Below the pieces are notes generated by a model. It was not told the origin of the DNA and searched no databases. It worked only from the letters and a program-made list of their open reading frames with translations. A DNA stretch of 62,291 bases from a virus (taxonomy: Duplodnaviria > Caudoviricetes), in the IMG/VR virus record IMGVR_UViG_3300031718_000010, positions 1 to 62,291 of that record, one strand, 5' to 3'. Positions within the stretch are counted from its first letter, which is position 1. Each line of letters opens with the position of its first letter. Positions 1-9,522 of this stretch are shown in pieces. The position numbers and the translations under genes were made by a program.

Positions 1-127
1 CTCTCTCATCCCCTATAGCATCAATTATCCGTCTATAAGCCTTATGTTGGCTCCATTTTCTACTCTCAGGAGTCAATAATACGATAAACAAGCTATCAGG
101 CCTATCCTCAGGACAATACCCCTGCCC
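1..127. repeat. Terminal direct repeat, left copy (circular-assembly overlap)
   Basis: Bases 1-127 are identical to 62165-62291; 127 nt is a common assembler k-mer and an ORF runs through the junction. Confidence 0.95.
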
Positions 128-220
128 TTGGCATCTCTCACCTAACGCTAATATAGCTTTAATCCTTATTTCCCTTGCCCATTTATCCTTAGCAGCCTTT
201 ACACTAGCTGGATTCCTCAT
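1..220 (-). CDS. 5' part of a junction-spanning gene (ATG at 220, continues to 61998); degenerate HNH-like endonuclease
   Basis: MRNPASVKAAKDKWAREIRIKAILALGERCQGQGYC... reads in frame into the 61998..62255 ORF (LLCRNC); layout resembles the 11164 and 15746 ORFs. Confidence 0.6.
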   Translation of the reverse strand, partial: MRNPASVKAAKDKWAREIRIKAILALGERCQGQGYCPEDRPDSLFIVLLTPESRKWSQHKAYRRIIDAIGDER

Positions 221-275
221 TTTAATTCCTTTATTATCATAATAATATGGTATCTAATTTTACCCTCTAATATCC

Positions 276-304
276 ATACTATTAGATACGCTTAAATTTG
301 TCAA
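276..304 (-). promoter_or_regulatory. Sigma70-type promoter
   Basis: TTGACA-17-TAGTAT upstream of ATG 220. Confidence 0.6.
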
Positions 305-595
305 TAATAATTTATAAGTCCCTTATTATCAGTATTTCCATAATGCTAAACATCATCAATAAGGCCTCACAAGGGAGTTGTCTCCATATATCACTCCCTC
401 GCCTACGGCTCGGTCGCTGATATGCGATTTCCAACTCGCATTAGATACGGTAATATCTATATAGCTCTCGTATCTAATAGGCTTTTTGAAAACAGCCAAT
501 CGATAATAAAGGACTTAATCAATAAGCATAAGTGGTTATTGTCTCGCTCGTATAGCTCGTATTATACAGATATATAAGGAGATATAAAATAACAC

Positions 596-625
596 TTGAC
601 AAGTAATAAATCAATATGTTACACT
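596..625 (+). promoter_or_regulatory. Sigma70-type promoter
   Basis: TTGACA-18-TACACT. Confidence 0.55.
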
Positions 626-715
626 CGCACCCGGAATAATCTAATAATAGAAATTATGTATTATATTATGGTCTCCCCCTAGAACCTTGGGGGTGGCTTA
701 TTGTTTCAACTTTAT

Positions 716-886
716 TTAGGGTGTAACTGGCTTAGGGGAGAACTTATCAGTCATATTGCATGCTTGCTCATGTCTATCGCATAGTAGGCAGTAGATAGAT
801 TCGGGGGTTGCAAAGTTACGAGGAGAATCAAGCAAGTCCCTATTACAAGAGGGACACTTCTTAATCGTCTTGGTGGGATTATCCAC
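716..886 (-). CDS. Small Zn-finger protein, probable leaderless GTG start at 886
   Basis: CPSC...CLLC; TTGACT-17-TATCAT (921-893) lies 6 nt before the GTG. Confidence 0.55.
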   Translation of the reverse strand: MDNPTKTIKKCPSCNRDLLDSPRNFATPESIYCLLCDRHEQACNMTDKFSPKPVTP

Positions 887-972
887 ATTTGGATGATAGC
901 TCATTTTAATCAAAAAGTCAACTAAAAAAAATAATCCTTGACGAAACAAAGGGCTTACTGTATACAATAAGC

Positions 973-1164
973 ATGGTTGCTTCTTTAACCGAACAGCAAT
1001 TAGCTGCTATCACTTATCCTGACTGTCCAACGTGTGGGTATAGGATGCAGCTATTAATGGCTAATCAAGTTGTTACCCAATTCGTCTGTTATAGACATGA
1101 CCAGCCTTATTATATCAATAAGCACTCTGGCATTTGTCTAGGGCCTAATGGGAGGATAGCATAA
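973..1164 (+). CDS. Small Zn-ribbon protein
   Basis: CPTCG...CYRH; TTGACG promoter at 938 directly upstream. Confidence 0.6.
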   Translation: MVASLTEQQLAAITYPDCPTCGYRMQLLMANQVVTQFVCYRHDQPYYINKHSGICLGPNGRIA

Positions 1165-1165
1165 T

Positions 1166-1390
1166 ATGTCATACGGACCAGTTAGTTCATCGGATATCTC
1201 CCAGGCTATCTCTAACCATCTAGCTAAACTAAGGATGGATAATATGAAAAGAGAACGTAAATGTCCATCCTGTGGCTTCCCAAACAGGGTATGGATGGAC
1301 TCTAGGTGGCGTTGTTATAGTAACTTTTGCACAGTTATAACTAGTATTATTAATATTAAGTATGCTGAAATGGGGTATAATAATGGCTAA
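1166..1390 (+). CDS. Small Zn-ribbon protein
   Basis: CPSCG...CYSNFC; SD GGAGG. Confidence 0.6.
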   Translation: MSYGPVSSSDISQAISNHLAKLRMDNMKRERKCPSCGFPNRVWMDSRWRCYSNFCTVITSIINIKYAEMGYNNG

Positions 1391-1613
1391 ACTAGGTCAA
1401 CTTGGATGTAGTGGCCCTGAAGCCAGGGCTAGATTAGTCAGGATATTAGATATGGGCCTAGCTGATTTAGTATCCAACAATAGCGCCCCTTTAACTAGTA
1501 GAGAGGCTAAATTTATCAAAGATATGCAGGAGGCCGTTGAAAATAACCCTAACTTTGAGCCATCTTATGGCCAAGTTACATGGCTTGAGGACCTAAAGGA
1601 GAAGTACCTGTGA
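1383..1613 (+). CDS. Hypothetical protein
   Basis: Coupled ORF; ATG 1383 preferred over 1362. Confidence 0.6.
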   Translation: MAKLGQLGCSGPEARARLVRILDMGLADLVSNNSAPLTSREAKFIKDMQEAVENNPNFEPSYGQVTWLEDLKEKYL

Positions 1614-1614
1614 T

Positions 1615-1968
1615 ATGGACAATAACCCTCAAATGGATGACCAAACTAACAGGTTGGATACAACAGAAGGCAGCAATAGAGCAAATGGCCAAGACCAAAC
1701 AGAAGCACAAAGTAGTAATAACAATGCTAGCCCCTTCCCAACCGCTGACGAACTCCTTGCCACCCTCCATAAACGTCAGCAAGCAGCTGGGAGGGCAGGT
1801 GGGCTATCCCGCTCATTCGCAAAAAGGGAAGCCACTAAGCGAAACATCGCCAAAGCTAGACAAAGCAGATGGCCAGGAAGAGAACAAGCTAATAGAGCAC
1901 GGGCTGAGGGAAATCAACCAAATAGTAGCCAAGGTGAACGAGAGACAGAGGAGCCTAACAACAGCTGA
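1615..1968 (+). CDS. Basic protein with a GRAGG...AKARQSRW motif (possible DNA-binding or small-terminase-like)
   Basis: SD AAGGAG; overlaps alternative-frame ORF 1610..2068. Confidence 0.5.
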   Translation: MDNNPQMDDQTNRLDTTEGSNRANGQDQTEAQSSNNNASPFPTADELLATLHKRQQAAGRAGGLSRSFAKREATKRNIAKARQSRWPGREQANRARAEGNQPNSSQGERETEEPNNS

Positions 1969-2052
1969 TATACAAAATGAGGCTAATTGGCAGCTTGATA
2001 ATTATCTAGCGAATTATGATAATATTAGCCCTAGTCTAAGGGAGATTGAAAA

Positions 2053-2523
2053 ATGCCCCGAGGAGTAATAGCCCCACCTAAAACTATAGCTGAACAGGCT
2101 ATAATTAAGGCTAAATTAGACGCTATAGGTGCTCCTAGATTGGATAAGATAACTGGCCTTAATCAAATTAAGTATAAAGAGAAAAAGGGCCATCCACAAA
2201 AGCTGTTTCGTCATCAACCACCTGAGGTAGCTAAGCTGGCTGCTATCCATTTAGCCAAACTATTAGATAAGCATAAACGTAAAATGGAGATGAAATCTCC
2301 TAAGGGTAGAAATGGTTATTATGGTATCCTAGTTGGGGTGGCGACAGGTATGGCTAGGAAGGAATTAGGCTTATCTAAAAGCTGGGAAGCGATGAGGAGG
2401 TCAGGTATCCCCTCTAAGACCATGAAAAAGAAATATAAAAAGTCCCTTGGTATCATCGTCCCTTATCAACCTGAACCTGGACCTGTAGGACAAGTTAAGC
2501 AAGGTGATTTAACTGGAATATAA
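2053..2523 (+). CDS. Basic hypothetical protein
   Basis: 156 aa, SD GGGAG. Confidence 0.7.
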   Translation: MPRGVIAPPKTIAEQAIIKAKLDAIGAPRLDKITGLNQIKYKEKKGHPQKLFRHQPPEVAKLAAIHLAKLLDKHKRKMEMKSPKGRNGYYGILVGVATGMARKELGLSKSWEAMRRSGIPSKTMKKKYKKSLGIIVPYQPEPGPVGQVKQGDLTGI

Positions 2524-2524
2524 T

Positions 2525-2779
2525 ATGTCTAAACCCCTTCCTCCATGCTTGAATAGAAGCTGTCCTAAATATAAGTCTAATGAGATGATGGCTGTTATTA
2601 AATATGACGATACATCTGTCACCTTCTATTGTAAATCATGCCAAGGTATCCATGTTCGCACCATAGACTGGCGTAGGGCTACTCAGGAAAATAAATATAG
2701 AACATATGGCAGGCCTGAGTATGCTAGGAATAAAGCATTCTTTTTTCAAGGTAGAAATAAAATAGATAGGAGCCATTAA
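2525..2779 (+). CDS. Zn-finger protein
   Basis: CLNRSC...CKSC. Confidence 0.65.
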   Translation: MSKPLPPCLNRSCPKYKSNEMMAVIKYDDTSVTFYCKSCQGIHVRTIDWRRATQENKYRTYGRPEYARNKAFFFQGRNKIDRSH

Positions 2780-3393
2780 TGCCCTCAGTTCAAGTTAAAG
2801 GTCAGCCAGTTCCAGCAGCTAATCAAGTTCAAGCTAAATTAATAGTCCCTGAACCTATTAAGGATGAACCAACTCCTTTACCAGCTACATTAGCTAAAGT
2901 TGAACCTGAACCAGCTATCCCCGTTGACCAGCTGCCAGTTAAATCACAAGATGAACTAGCAGCTATATCTATAGCCACCCAAACTATATCTCAACGTAAA
3001 AATATGACCCCATCAACCGAACCAGCTAAACCTGAACTAACCCATGAGGATAGGGTTAAACAGGCTAAGTTAGCTGCTGAAACTAGATGGAGTAAACGCT
3101 ATAACTGGGAAGATAGCCCTATTGAGGATGCCCTTGAATATCTAGCTGAGATTAGATTAGAAGTTGAACGTGGGGGGCTAGTGTTACAGCGTAGGGTAAG
3201 TGATATGAGAGTTGAAAAGGTTAAATGCTTCGGTTGTGATAATATTATAAACGTAAGCGAAGGTAGGTGGGCTACATATCGTACTCGTAATAATTATAAC
3301 ACTGGTATCCCTGAGACTCAATATGCCTGTTCAGCTGCTTGTGCGTTAAAGCTAAATAAGGAATTTGTCCATCCAACTAATAATAGAGGATAA
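2779..3393 (+). CDS. Hypothetical protein with C-terminal treble-clef-like Zn finger
   Basis: CFGC...CSAAC; TAATG coupling. Confidence 0.7.
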   Translation: MPSVQVKGQPVPAANQVQAKLIVPEPIKDEPTPLPATLAKVEPEPAIPVDQLPVKSQDELAAISIATQTISQRKNMTPSTEPAKPELTHEDRVKQAKLAAETRWSKRYNWEDSPIEDALEYLAEIRLEVERGGLVLQRRVSDMRVEKVKCFGCDNIINVSEGRWATYRTRNNYNTGIPETQYACSAACALKLNKEFVHPTNNRG

Positions 3394-3408
3394 AAGGGGG
3401 ATAAGGTT

Positions 3409-3963
3409 ATGAAAGGTCATTTCGCGTATATATCAGGTTATCTAATCTGTGGAGGGTGTGGCTCATCCTTATGTCCATATAACCCTCAAACACCAATAGA
3501 TAATGAATATACCTATAGGGTATATTGTACCAACCCAAGTTGTGCTTGTTATCTTGAAGTATATGAGCCGACTGATAAAATCAAAGTAGGCCTAATCCCA
3601 ACTAAGTTAAGGGCACCTGACCCTAATGCTGTTGCTCAACAACAGCAACAGGCACAAGTTAGGTTAGCAGGTGAGATAGCCAATCAACGGACTGGGATAG
3701 GTGCAACTGGACATGATGACCGTATTGTGGCTGTTAATGTCCCAGGTACATTTCAAGTGACGGACCCAAGGGAATGGACACAGTTAACTAATATTGAGGC
3801 TCCTCCGCTCCCTAGGAATATAGCTGAACGGGAAGCACAAGTTATTAGGAATGCTCAACTCGTTACCGAGACTCCACGTTTATTAACTCGTGAGGAAGTT
3901 GAACAAAGGTATCCAACAAACCCTAACCAAGCTGAAACTCCTGGAGGCCTAATACGTCGCTAG
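3409..3963 (+). CDS. Zn-ribbon protein with low-complexity tail
   Basis: CGGCG...CTNPSC. Confidence 0.65.
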   Translation: MKGHFAYISGYLICGGCGSSLCPYNPQTPIDNEYTYRVYCTNPSCACYLEVYEPTDKIKVGLIPTKLRAPDPNAVAQQQQQAQVRLAGEIANQRTGIGATGHDDRIVAVNVPGTFQVTDPREWTQLTNIEAPPLPRNIAEREAQVIRNAQLVTETPRLLTREEVEQRYPTNPNQAETPGGLIRR

Positions 3964-5828
3964 ACCTTGATAGGGCTACTCTATTACTTAGCAAATTGCC
4001 CATAATAGACAGAGAAAGTGGAGCTAAGTGTAACTTTCGCTTTCGTTATAATCAATGGCTATTAAAGGAACAGTTAAAGGTTCATCAAAAAAAGATAGGT
4101 GGTAAAATTAGAGGAGTCAGCGTTAAAGCTAGACGTGTAGGTGTTAGCAGCGAGATAGATGGTTTCGCTACTTGTCATATCGCAGGTTCCCCAAATGCCA
4201 GGGCTAAGATAGTAGCCTGCTTAGCTGATACCTCTAAGGAATTATTTGATGTCCCAGTTAACCTAATCAGAGCATGGCCCTTCCCCTTACCTGAACCCCT
4301 CGCAACCAAAATCACCTATCCCCATAAAGCAGGTGACTCAACACTAGTCATAATGACCGCCCAAACCGCCATAGCTGGCCGTGGTGGACGTTGTACATTT
4401 CTCCATTTATCTGAAGCAGCCTTCTTCCCAGTGGGTGGGGGTTCATTTACCTCACTATTTCCAAGCGTCCCAGACGACCCAGATACAGGTATATTCGTTG
4501 AGTCCACCGCCTACGGTAAAGTAGGAATAGGCCAAGCCTTCTGGGAGTTTTGGGAAGCCGCTGTTAATGGTGATACTGAATTCTTCCCCTCATTCCTCAC
4601 ATGGTTAGATGACCCTATTTGTTTTCGTGTTCCTGAAGATATTGATATAACTAAACTAAACACAGATGAGAAGGATATCCTAGCAATAGCCGCTATCCAT
4701 TGCTCATCTAAGTGTGGTAGGTGTGAACATTGTTATGATGCTTTAGGTCGTATTGCTTGGAGACGATGGGCTATCCCTAACCTCTGTCAAGGTAAAGTAG
4801 ACAAATTCAGACAGGAATATCCAATAACCGCAGAGGAGGCCTTCTATGCTTCAACCGCCCAAGCCTTTGAACCAGACGAGCGTAGATACGCTAGAGAATG
4901 TGTTAACGCTGGACCTACCCCTCAATACGGACGCCTTACCCAACTCCTCGACGCTTATGGAAATCCAGTCAAAGATAGAGCAGTCTTTAGCCCTGACGAG
5001 CGTTCCAGTCTTGTTATATGGCGTCATCCTAACCCTCTTTACAACTATTATCTCGGCGTTGACTGTGCAAGAGGTGTTGAAAGTACAGATGACTATAGAA
5101 TTAGAGAAGGGAAAGACTACGCTGCTATTGCAGGGTATTGTGGCCAAACAGGGGAACAAGTCTGTAGGTATACATCTAAAATTGGCTCCGAAGCCTTAGC
5201 CTCTCTATTATTCGTAATGGGGAAATATTATAATAACGCAATGGTGGCTATTGAGCTAACTGGTAATTTAGGCTTATGGGTTCAATCAGTATTAAGGACC
5301 AGATATAAGTATACCAATTTCTATCGTTGGAAGGGCAGGGATGATAGGATGCCTAATGGTTATTCTATCTCTGCTTCTATTGGCTTTGAGATGAACGCTA
5401 GAACTAGGCCAATGATACTTGAATCCTTTAGAGGTGGATTATATACTAAACGCTGCATCCCGCGTGACCCATTATTATTACAACAAATGGAAGCTGCTGA
5501 GATGATAGCTGGGGCTTGGGAGGTTCCTGCTAGAATACATGATGATGCTTTAGTATCAAATATGGTAGCCTGGATTTGTAAAGAACAATGGTTTCATAAT
5601 CTCCCTATCAGTACAGGTAATAAATATCTATTAGGTGAGGAAACTCAATTAGAAAAAGGTGAGATGGAATCAGCTAAAGTAGCTATCTCATCAGCCAAAT
5701 CAGACGTTGAAATGCAAGTTAAACAACATTGGAATATGATGTTAAAAAAGATAAAAGCAGCTGGGCAATATAATGAGTTAACTAGTCCTAATAGCGGTGA
5801 GAACCCAGATAGATTAGCTGGAATTTAG
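3954..5828 (+). CDS. terL: Terminase large subunit (track start TTG 3996; ACG 3954 proposed)
   Basis: KARRVGVSS Walker A, LHLSEAAF Walker B, VESTAYG coupling motif, RNase H-like LGVDCARG...DYAA...HDD. Confidence 0.93.
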   Translation, partial: TSLDLDRATLLLSKLPIIDRESGAKCNFRFRYNQWLLKEQLKVHQKKIGGKIRGVSVKARRVGVSSEIDGFATCHIAGSPNARAKIVACLADTSKELFDVPVNLIRAWPFPLPEPLATKITYPHKAGDSTLVIMTAQTAIAGRGGRCTFLHLSEAAFFPVGGGSFTSLFPSVPDDPDTGIFVESTAYGKVGIGQAFWEFWEAAVNGDTEFFPSFLTWLDDPICFRVPEDIDITKLNTDEKDILAIAAIHCSSKCGRCEHCYDALGRIAWRRWAIPNLCQGKVDKFRQEYPITAEEAFYASTAQAFEPDERRYARECVNAGPTPQYGRLTQLLDAYGNPVKDRAVFSPDERSSLVIWRHPNPLYNYYLGVDCARGVESTDDYRIREGKDYAAIAGYCGQTGEQVCRYTSKIGSEALASLLFVMGKYYNNAMVAIELTGNLGLWVQSVLRTRYKYTNFYRWKGRDDRMPNGYSISASIGFEMNARTRPMILESFRGGLYTKRCIPRDPLLLQQMEAAEMIAGAWEVPARIHDDALVSNMVAWICKEQWFHNLPISTGNKYLLGEETQLEKGEMESAKVAISSAKSDVEMQVKQHWNMMLKKIKAAGQYNELTSPNSGENPDRLAGI

Positions 5829-5838
5829 AGGGGATATA

Positions 5839-6345
5839 ATGAATCAACCTTATATAGTTAAACTACTAACTTTATTCGTTAAGCGTAATAAAGGTCCTAT
5901 TCGTATATCCTGTAACGAGCTAATGGACTCAGATGTAGGCCAAGGTATTAGAGTTTGGTGGGATAGTGAAACTAGAGAGCTAGTAGTAGACTTTATGCCC
6001 TCAGGTTCAAAAGTCTATGTAATAGAGGAAAATAAATCATGGCTACAGAACCAATTAATCCCTCAGGAGTCATTGAACAATCCCAAATTACCCCAATCGA
6101 GAGAGGAGCTAATATCCAAGGCGTGGACGGACTCAGCAGCAACTCCCTCGAATCAGGAGTTGTTAAACGCACGCGTGGAAAGGGCAGGCAAAAACAGGAA
6201 CCTGAAACTAGAGGACCAGGACCTAGCCCTAGCGGAAGCGGAACGGGAGAAACGCAGAATAATGAAGTCAATCGAGTCGTTCAGCAGCCCGTCGCCAGCG
6301 GTAGAAACCCTTTCAAGGATTCCGCCAACATTCTTCAAGCAATAG
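5839..6345 (+). CDS. Hypothetical protein
   Basis: SD GAGGGG; overlaps the next ORF by 307 nt. Confidence 0.65.
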   Translation: MNQPYIVKLLTLFVKRNKGPIRISCNELMDSDVGQGIRVWWDSETRELVVDFMPSGSKVYVIEENKSWLQNQLIPQESLNNPKLPQSREELISKAWTDSAATPSNQELLNARVERAGKNRNLKLEDQDLALAEAEREKRRIMKSIESFSSPSPAVETLSRIPPTFFKQ

Positions 6346-6731
6346 CAGACCGTTTCGTAGATGCTCGTAAACATCAGAAAGCAGCCGCATGGCGTCAACT
6401 CCAAGTTGACCTAATGCACGCTTCTCCTTTCATTTGCCCAGTTATCATCCCGTATAAGGACCTAATTAGCATTGTAAGTGATATAGAAAAAGAGATAAAA
6501 GGAGCAACCGAGCAAGTAGGTAAGTCAAATGAAGAGATAATGGCCTCGTTCCTAAGTGGTGAAGGAAGCCTAGTTGTGGCTGAAATGAACATAGCCCCTG
6601 ACATGACTCATGGTAAATCTATTGACAGCCATGATATTATCAAATCAGATGGAGGAGAAGATGGTCCCGTCAAGGATATACCCCTGTCCGTTGACCCTTC
6701 TATCCCGCCAATCTCTCCTCCATCTAGTTGA
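6039..6731 (+). CDS. Hypothetical protein
   Basis: SD GAGGA; 230 aa; abuts the portal gene. Confidence 0.7.
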   Translation: MATEPINPSGVIEQSQITPIERGANIQGVDGLSSNSLESGVVKRTRGKGRQKQEPETRGPGPSPSGSGTGETQNNEVNRVVQQPVASGRNPFKDSANILQAIADRFVDARKHQKAAAWRQLQVDLMHASPFICPVIIPYKDLISIVSDIEKEIKGATEQVGKSNEEIMASFLSGEGSLVVAEMNIAPDMTHGKSIDSHDIIKSDGGEDGPVKDIPLSVDPSIPPISPPSS

Positions 6732-6748
6732 TTCTATTATGGATAACT

Positions 6749-8494
6749 ATGGCTTGGACAGTTAGGACCGAACGTAAGTCATCTGAGAACTATGATATGG
6801 ACCCTAGAGCTAGGGCCATTGATGAGTTACAACGGTTAAGTCGTGATATTAGAGATGATTTCCTAGGTGATGATTGGGCTGAGAATGCTCGTAAGTTCTA
6901 TCATTGTGAAGGAGTTATAGGTAAGGTTCCATCCTTTCGTCCTCAAGTTCAAATCCCTCAATTACAAGTTTTATCTATTAGTGAAGCTACTGAATTATCA
7001 GACCTAAGTCCTAAAGTCTATATATACGATAAAACTAATGGTTCAGTGGATAAGGATAGGTCTAAATCATTCCAAGAAGAGTGGAATAGCCTCTGGATAA
7101 ACTATCATACCCTGTTTAGTAGCCTCTGGGCACAATTAACAGGCATTGGCTTCATCCAACTAGGGTATGACCCATTTGCTGACCTTGGTTTTGGTAAGAT
7201 ATGGTGCCGTCATTTACCGGCTGATGCTTTAGATTGGGATTATAACGCTAATTGTGCTTCTGATGCTACATATGTCATCAAGGAAGATAGACTCTACCCA
7301 GACCAAGTAGCCTATTATTGGCCCGAAACAGGTGCAGGTATCAAGGCTGAAGCCGCTGCCCCTGGCCTTGGAGCTAGGTCAAGTCCAGCCTCAGTTGGCA
7401 CACTCCCGCCTAAGATGAGGTTCCCAGATGGGCCAATGCGTCAGTTTGATGGCCCAGTTGAAGGTGAATCAGTTGAGGCTGATGGTAGACTACGTGTCCG
7501 CTATTTATTTATAGATGATAGAACAGTTGAGATGGTCAAACAGGAAGCAGGGGGGGATGCGGCTAAAATTATCAGCATCGCCCAGCAAACTGGCTCAAGG
7601 GGAGAGCGTGTCCGCCGTCTCAAATACCCTAATAAAAGGCTTATTGTCTGTGTATCTGGGCGTACTAGTCGTTGTGTAGCTGATGGGGATAATCCAACTC
7701 CAGCTGGAAAGTATCCGTTTATCCCTATCTATGGCCTCCCTCCGCTTAAGGGATTTTACCCTCCGCCACCAACTCGTTATACCCGAGATTTACAAGCCTT
7801 AGCTGAGCGTATCCTAACCCAAGTGTTTGAAAATGTGGTTAGAACTAATAACGCTGTATGGTTTATTGATAAAAATAGTGAAATAGACCTTAATGAGTTT
7901 CGCGGCCTCCCAGCTGAGGTTGTTGAATATAATGGCCAGACTGGTAAACCTCCAACAGCTGAATATCCCAACGCTATCCAGGATAGTGTTATCAAGCTAG
8001 TAGACTGGATGCTCAACACCCAAAAGGACTTACAAGGATTCAACGAAAGTAGGCAAGGTCAACCTAGTCAAGGTAATATATCAGCTGACTTATATGAGGC
8101 ATCTATATTTCAATCTAAGGCCCTAACTAGGTGTAGGGCTAGGTTACTTGCTCATTCAATGTATGAAACAGCTTCTCTTCTATATGATATGATGTCTACT
8201 TATTATAGAAAAGAGAGAGCTTACGCCTCAACTGAAGGGGGATTCAGCACTGTAACATGGAAACCTTATATGGGTGCCGCTCAACAAAATAATAGATTAC
8301 ACATAGACCCAGCTAGCTTATTACCAATTAGTCAAGCTGCAATGAGGCAGATAGCTCCAATGCTCGCGGAGCAAGGGAAGATTGATACTGAGACACTATT
8401 AGAGAGCTTAGGTATACCTGATGCCGCTGGTATCGCTCAACGCGCTACCCGTGAATTATCACTTGCCGCGCTCCAAAAGATGAAGAGGAGATAA
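6749..8494 (+). CDS. Portal protein (ATG 6749 preferred)
   Basis: ~580 aa after terL; TGIGFIQLGYDP, KYPFIPIY, RDLQ and GFNESRQG pattern typical of podophage portals. Confidence 0.85.
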   Translation: MAWTVRTERKSSENYDMDPRARAIDELQRLSRDIRDDFLGDDWAENARKFYHCEGVIGKVPSFRPQVQIPQLQVLSISEATELSDLSPKVYIYDKTNGSVDKDRSKSFQEEWNSLWINYHTLFSSLWAQLTGIGFIQLGYDPFADLGFGKIWCRHLPADALDWDYNANCASDATYVIKEDRLYPDQVAYYWPETGAGIKAEAAAPGLGARSSPASVGTLPPKMRFPDGPMRQFDGPVEGESVEADGRLRVRYLFIDDRTVEMVKQEAGGDAAKIISIAQQTGSRGERVRRLKYPNKRLIVCVSGRTSRCVADGDNPTPAGKYPFIPIYGLPPLKGFYPPPPTRYTRDLQALAERILTQVFENVVRTNNAVWFIDKNSEIDLNEFRGLPAEVVEYNGQTGKPPTAEYPNAIQDSVIKLVDWMLNTQKDLQGFNESRQGQPSQGNISADLYEASIFQSKALTRCRARLLAHSMYETASLLYDMMSTYYRKERAYASTEGGFSTVTWKPYMGAAQQNNRLHIDPASLLPISQAAMRQIAPMLAEQGKIDTETLLESLGIPDAAGIAQRATRELSLAALQKMKRR

Positions 8495-8764
8495 ATGGCC
8501 ACCCTACCCATAACCTTTGCCTTCTCAAATTGGTATACCCTTAAGTTTATAGCCTCTCGTTTAGGTAAATCATTAAGGACAGTCCAATATTGGAACGAAC
8601 GTGGCTTATTTCATCGTATGGGGCTTAAAGTGATAACTGTTCATATTAAACCTAGTCCTGCTAGAGGGATAACTTGGATTCAAATACCCATAACCAGCAA
8701 ACACGCAATGTTTAGTAAAGTCCATCTTGACATCCCTCCTATCAACCATTCACAATCCAAATGA
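8495..8764 (+). CDS. Helix-turn-helix DNA-binding protein (MerR/Xis-like)
   Basis: YTLKFIASRLGKSLRTVQYW. Confidence 0.65.
   Translation: MATLPITFAFSNWYTLKFIASRLGKSLRTVQYWNERGLFHRMGLKVITVHIKPSPARGITWIQIPITSKHAMFSKVHLDIPPINHSQSK
8727..8756 (+). promoter_or_regulatory. Sigma70-type promoter, leaderless arrangement
   Basis: TTGACA-18-CACAAT, 4-7 nt before ATGATG. Confidence 0.55.
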
Positions 8765-9030
8765 TGAAAGGTCTAAGCAAGGGAGTTGAGTTACTCCATT
8801 TCGATAAAGACCCGGCGGATAGCGAATGGTACGTCGCTCAACTAGCTTGTAATGGGACCTTAGGGATAGCGTTTAGTATTCCAACTCCCTCTGTTATAGA
8901 CTTACTAAAACAAGGTGAGGAATATCTAGGCAGCTATTTAGAGAGACAAGCAGTAGAGATGATAAATAGATATGGGGATGCCCGTGACACTCGCCCGGAC
9001 CCAGTATTAACTGGTGAAGCAAGGATATAA
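8761..9030 (+). CDS. Hypothetical protein
   Basis: 89 aa ORF. Confidence 0.65.
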   Translation: MMKGLSKGVELLHFDKDPADSEWYVAQLACNGTLGIAFSIPTPSVIDLLKQGEEYLGSYLERQAVEMINRYGDARDTRPDPVLTGEARI

Positions 9031-9041
9031 GGGAGATTAAA

Positions 9042-9149
9042 ATGGCTAAAAAGGAACATGAATCCAAGGCCGAAATGAAGCGCGAGGAGATGAAGAAGGA
9101 ACATAAAAAGGCAGGGCGGCATCATTCCCGTCATGGTGGAAAAAAGTAA
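9042..9149 (+). CDS. 35-aa Lys/His/Glu-rich peptide (not in ORF track)
   Basis: SD GGGAG; MAKKEHESKAEMKREEMKKEHKKAGRHHSRHGGKK. Confidence 0.65.
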   Translation: MAKKEHESKAEMKREEMKKEHKKAGRHHSRHGGKK

Positions 9150-9256
9150 TGGCCAAGGGTGGGGATAGACAAGCTAAACAAGCAGCTAAGAATGGTATGC
9201 CCTTAGCTCCTAAAGGTTCAGGTAAAAGGATTAGCAGTAGAAAGGGAGGGAAATAA
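9149..9256 (+). CDS. 35-aa basic peptide (not in ORF track)
   Basis: TAATG coupling; MAKGGDRQAKQAAKNGMPLAPKGSGKRISSRKGGK. Confidence 0.6.
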   Translation: MAKGGDRQAKQAAKNGMPLAPKGSGKRISSRKGGK

Positions 9257-9258
9257 AA

Positions 9259-9522
9259 ATGGGTAAGCCGACTGAAAATACAAAGGTATCTGAGAACACA
9301 GCCGAAGAGGGATTTGAGCACGGTGGGGGTATGGAGATTTTAAGCCCATTAACCTATGAAGGCCGTGGTGGTGGGAATCCCGATAGTCCGCACATCACAG
9401 GTGTTAACCCCAACCCGCATAGTGAGGAACCTATTGAGCCTAAAGACCCTATGGGTATCTTATCCACCATCACTGGTGGAGCTACAGGTCGTGGCAAGCG
9501 TGGTGGAGCATACGGTAAGTAA
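9259..9522 (+). CDS. Small head-region protein
   Basis: SD GGAGG. Confidence 0.7.
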   Translation: MGKPTENTKVSENTAEEGFEHGGGMEILSPLTYEGRGGGNPDSPHITGVNPNPHSEEPIEPKDPMGILSTITGGATGRGKRGGAYGK

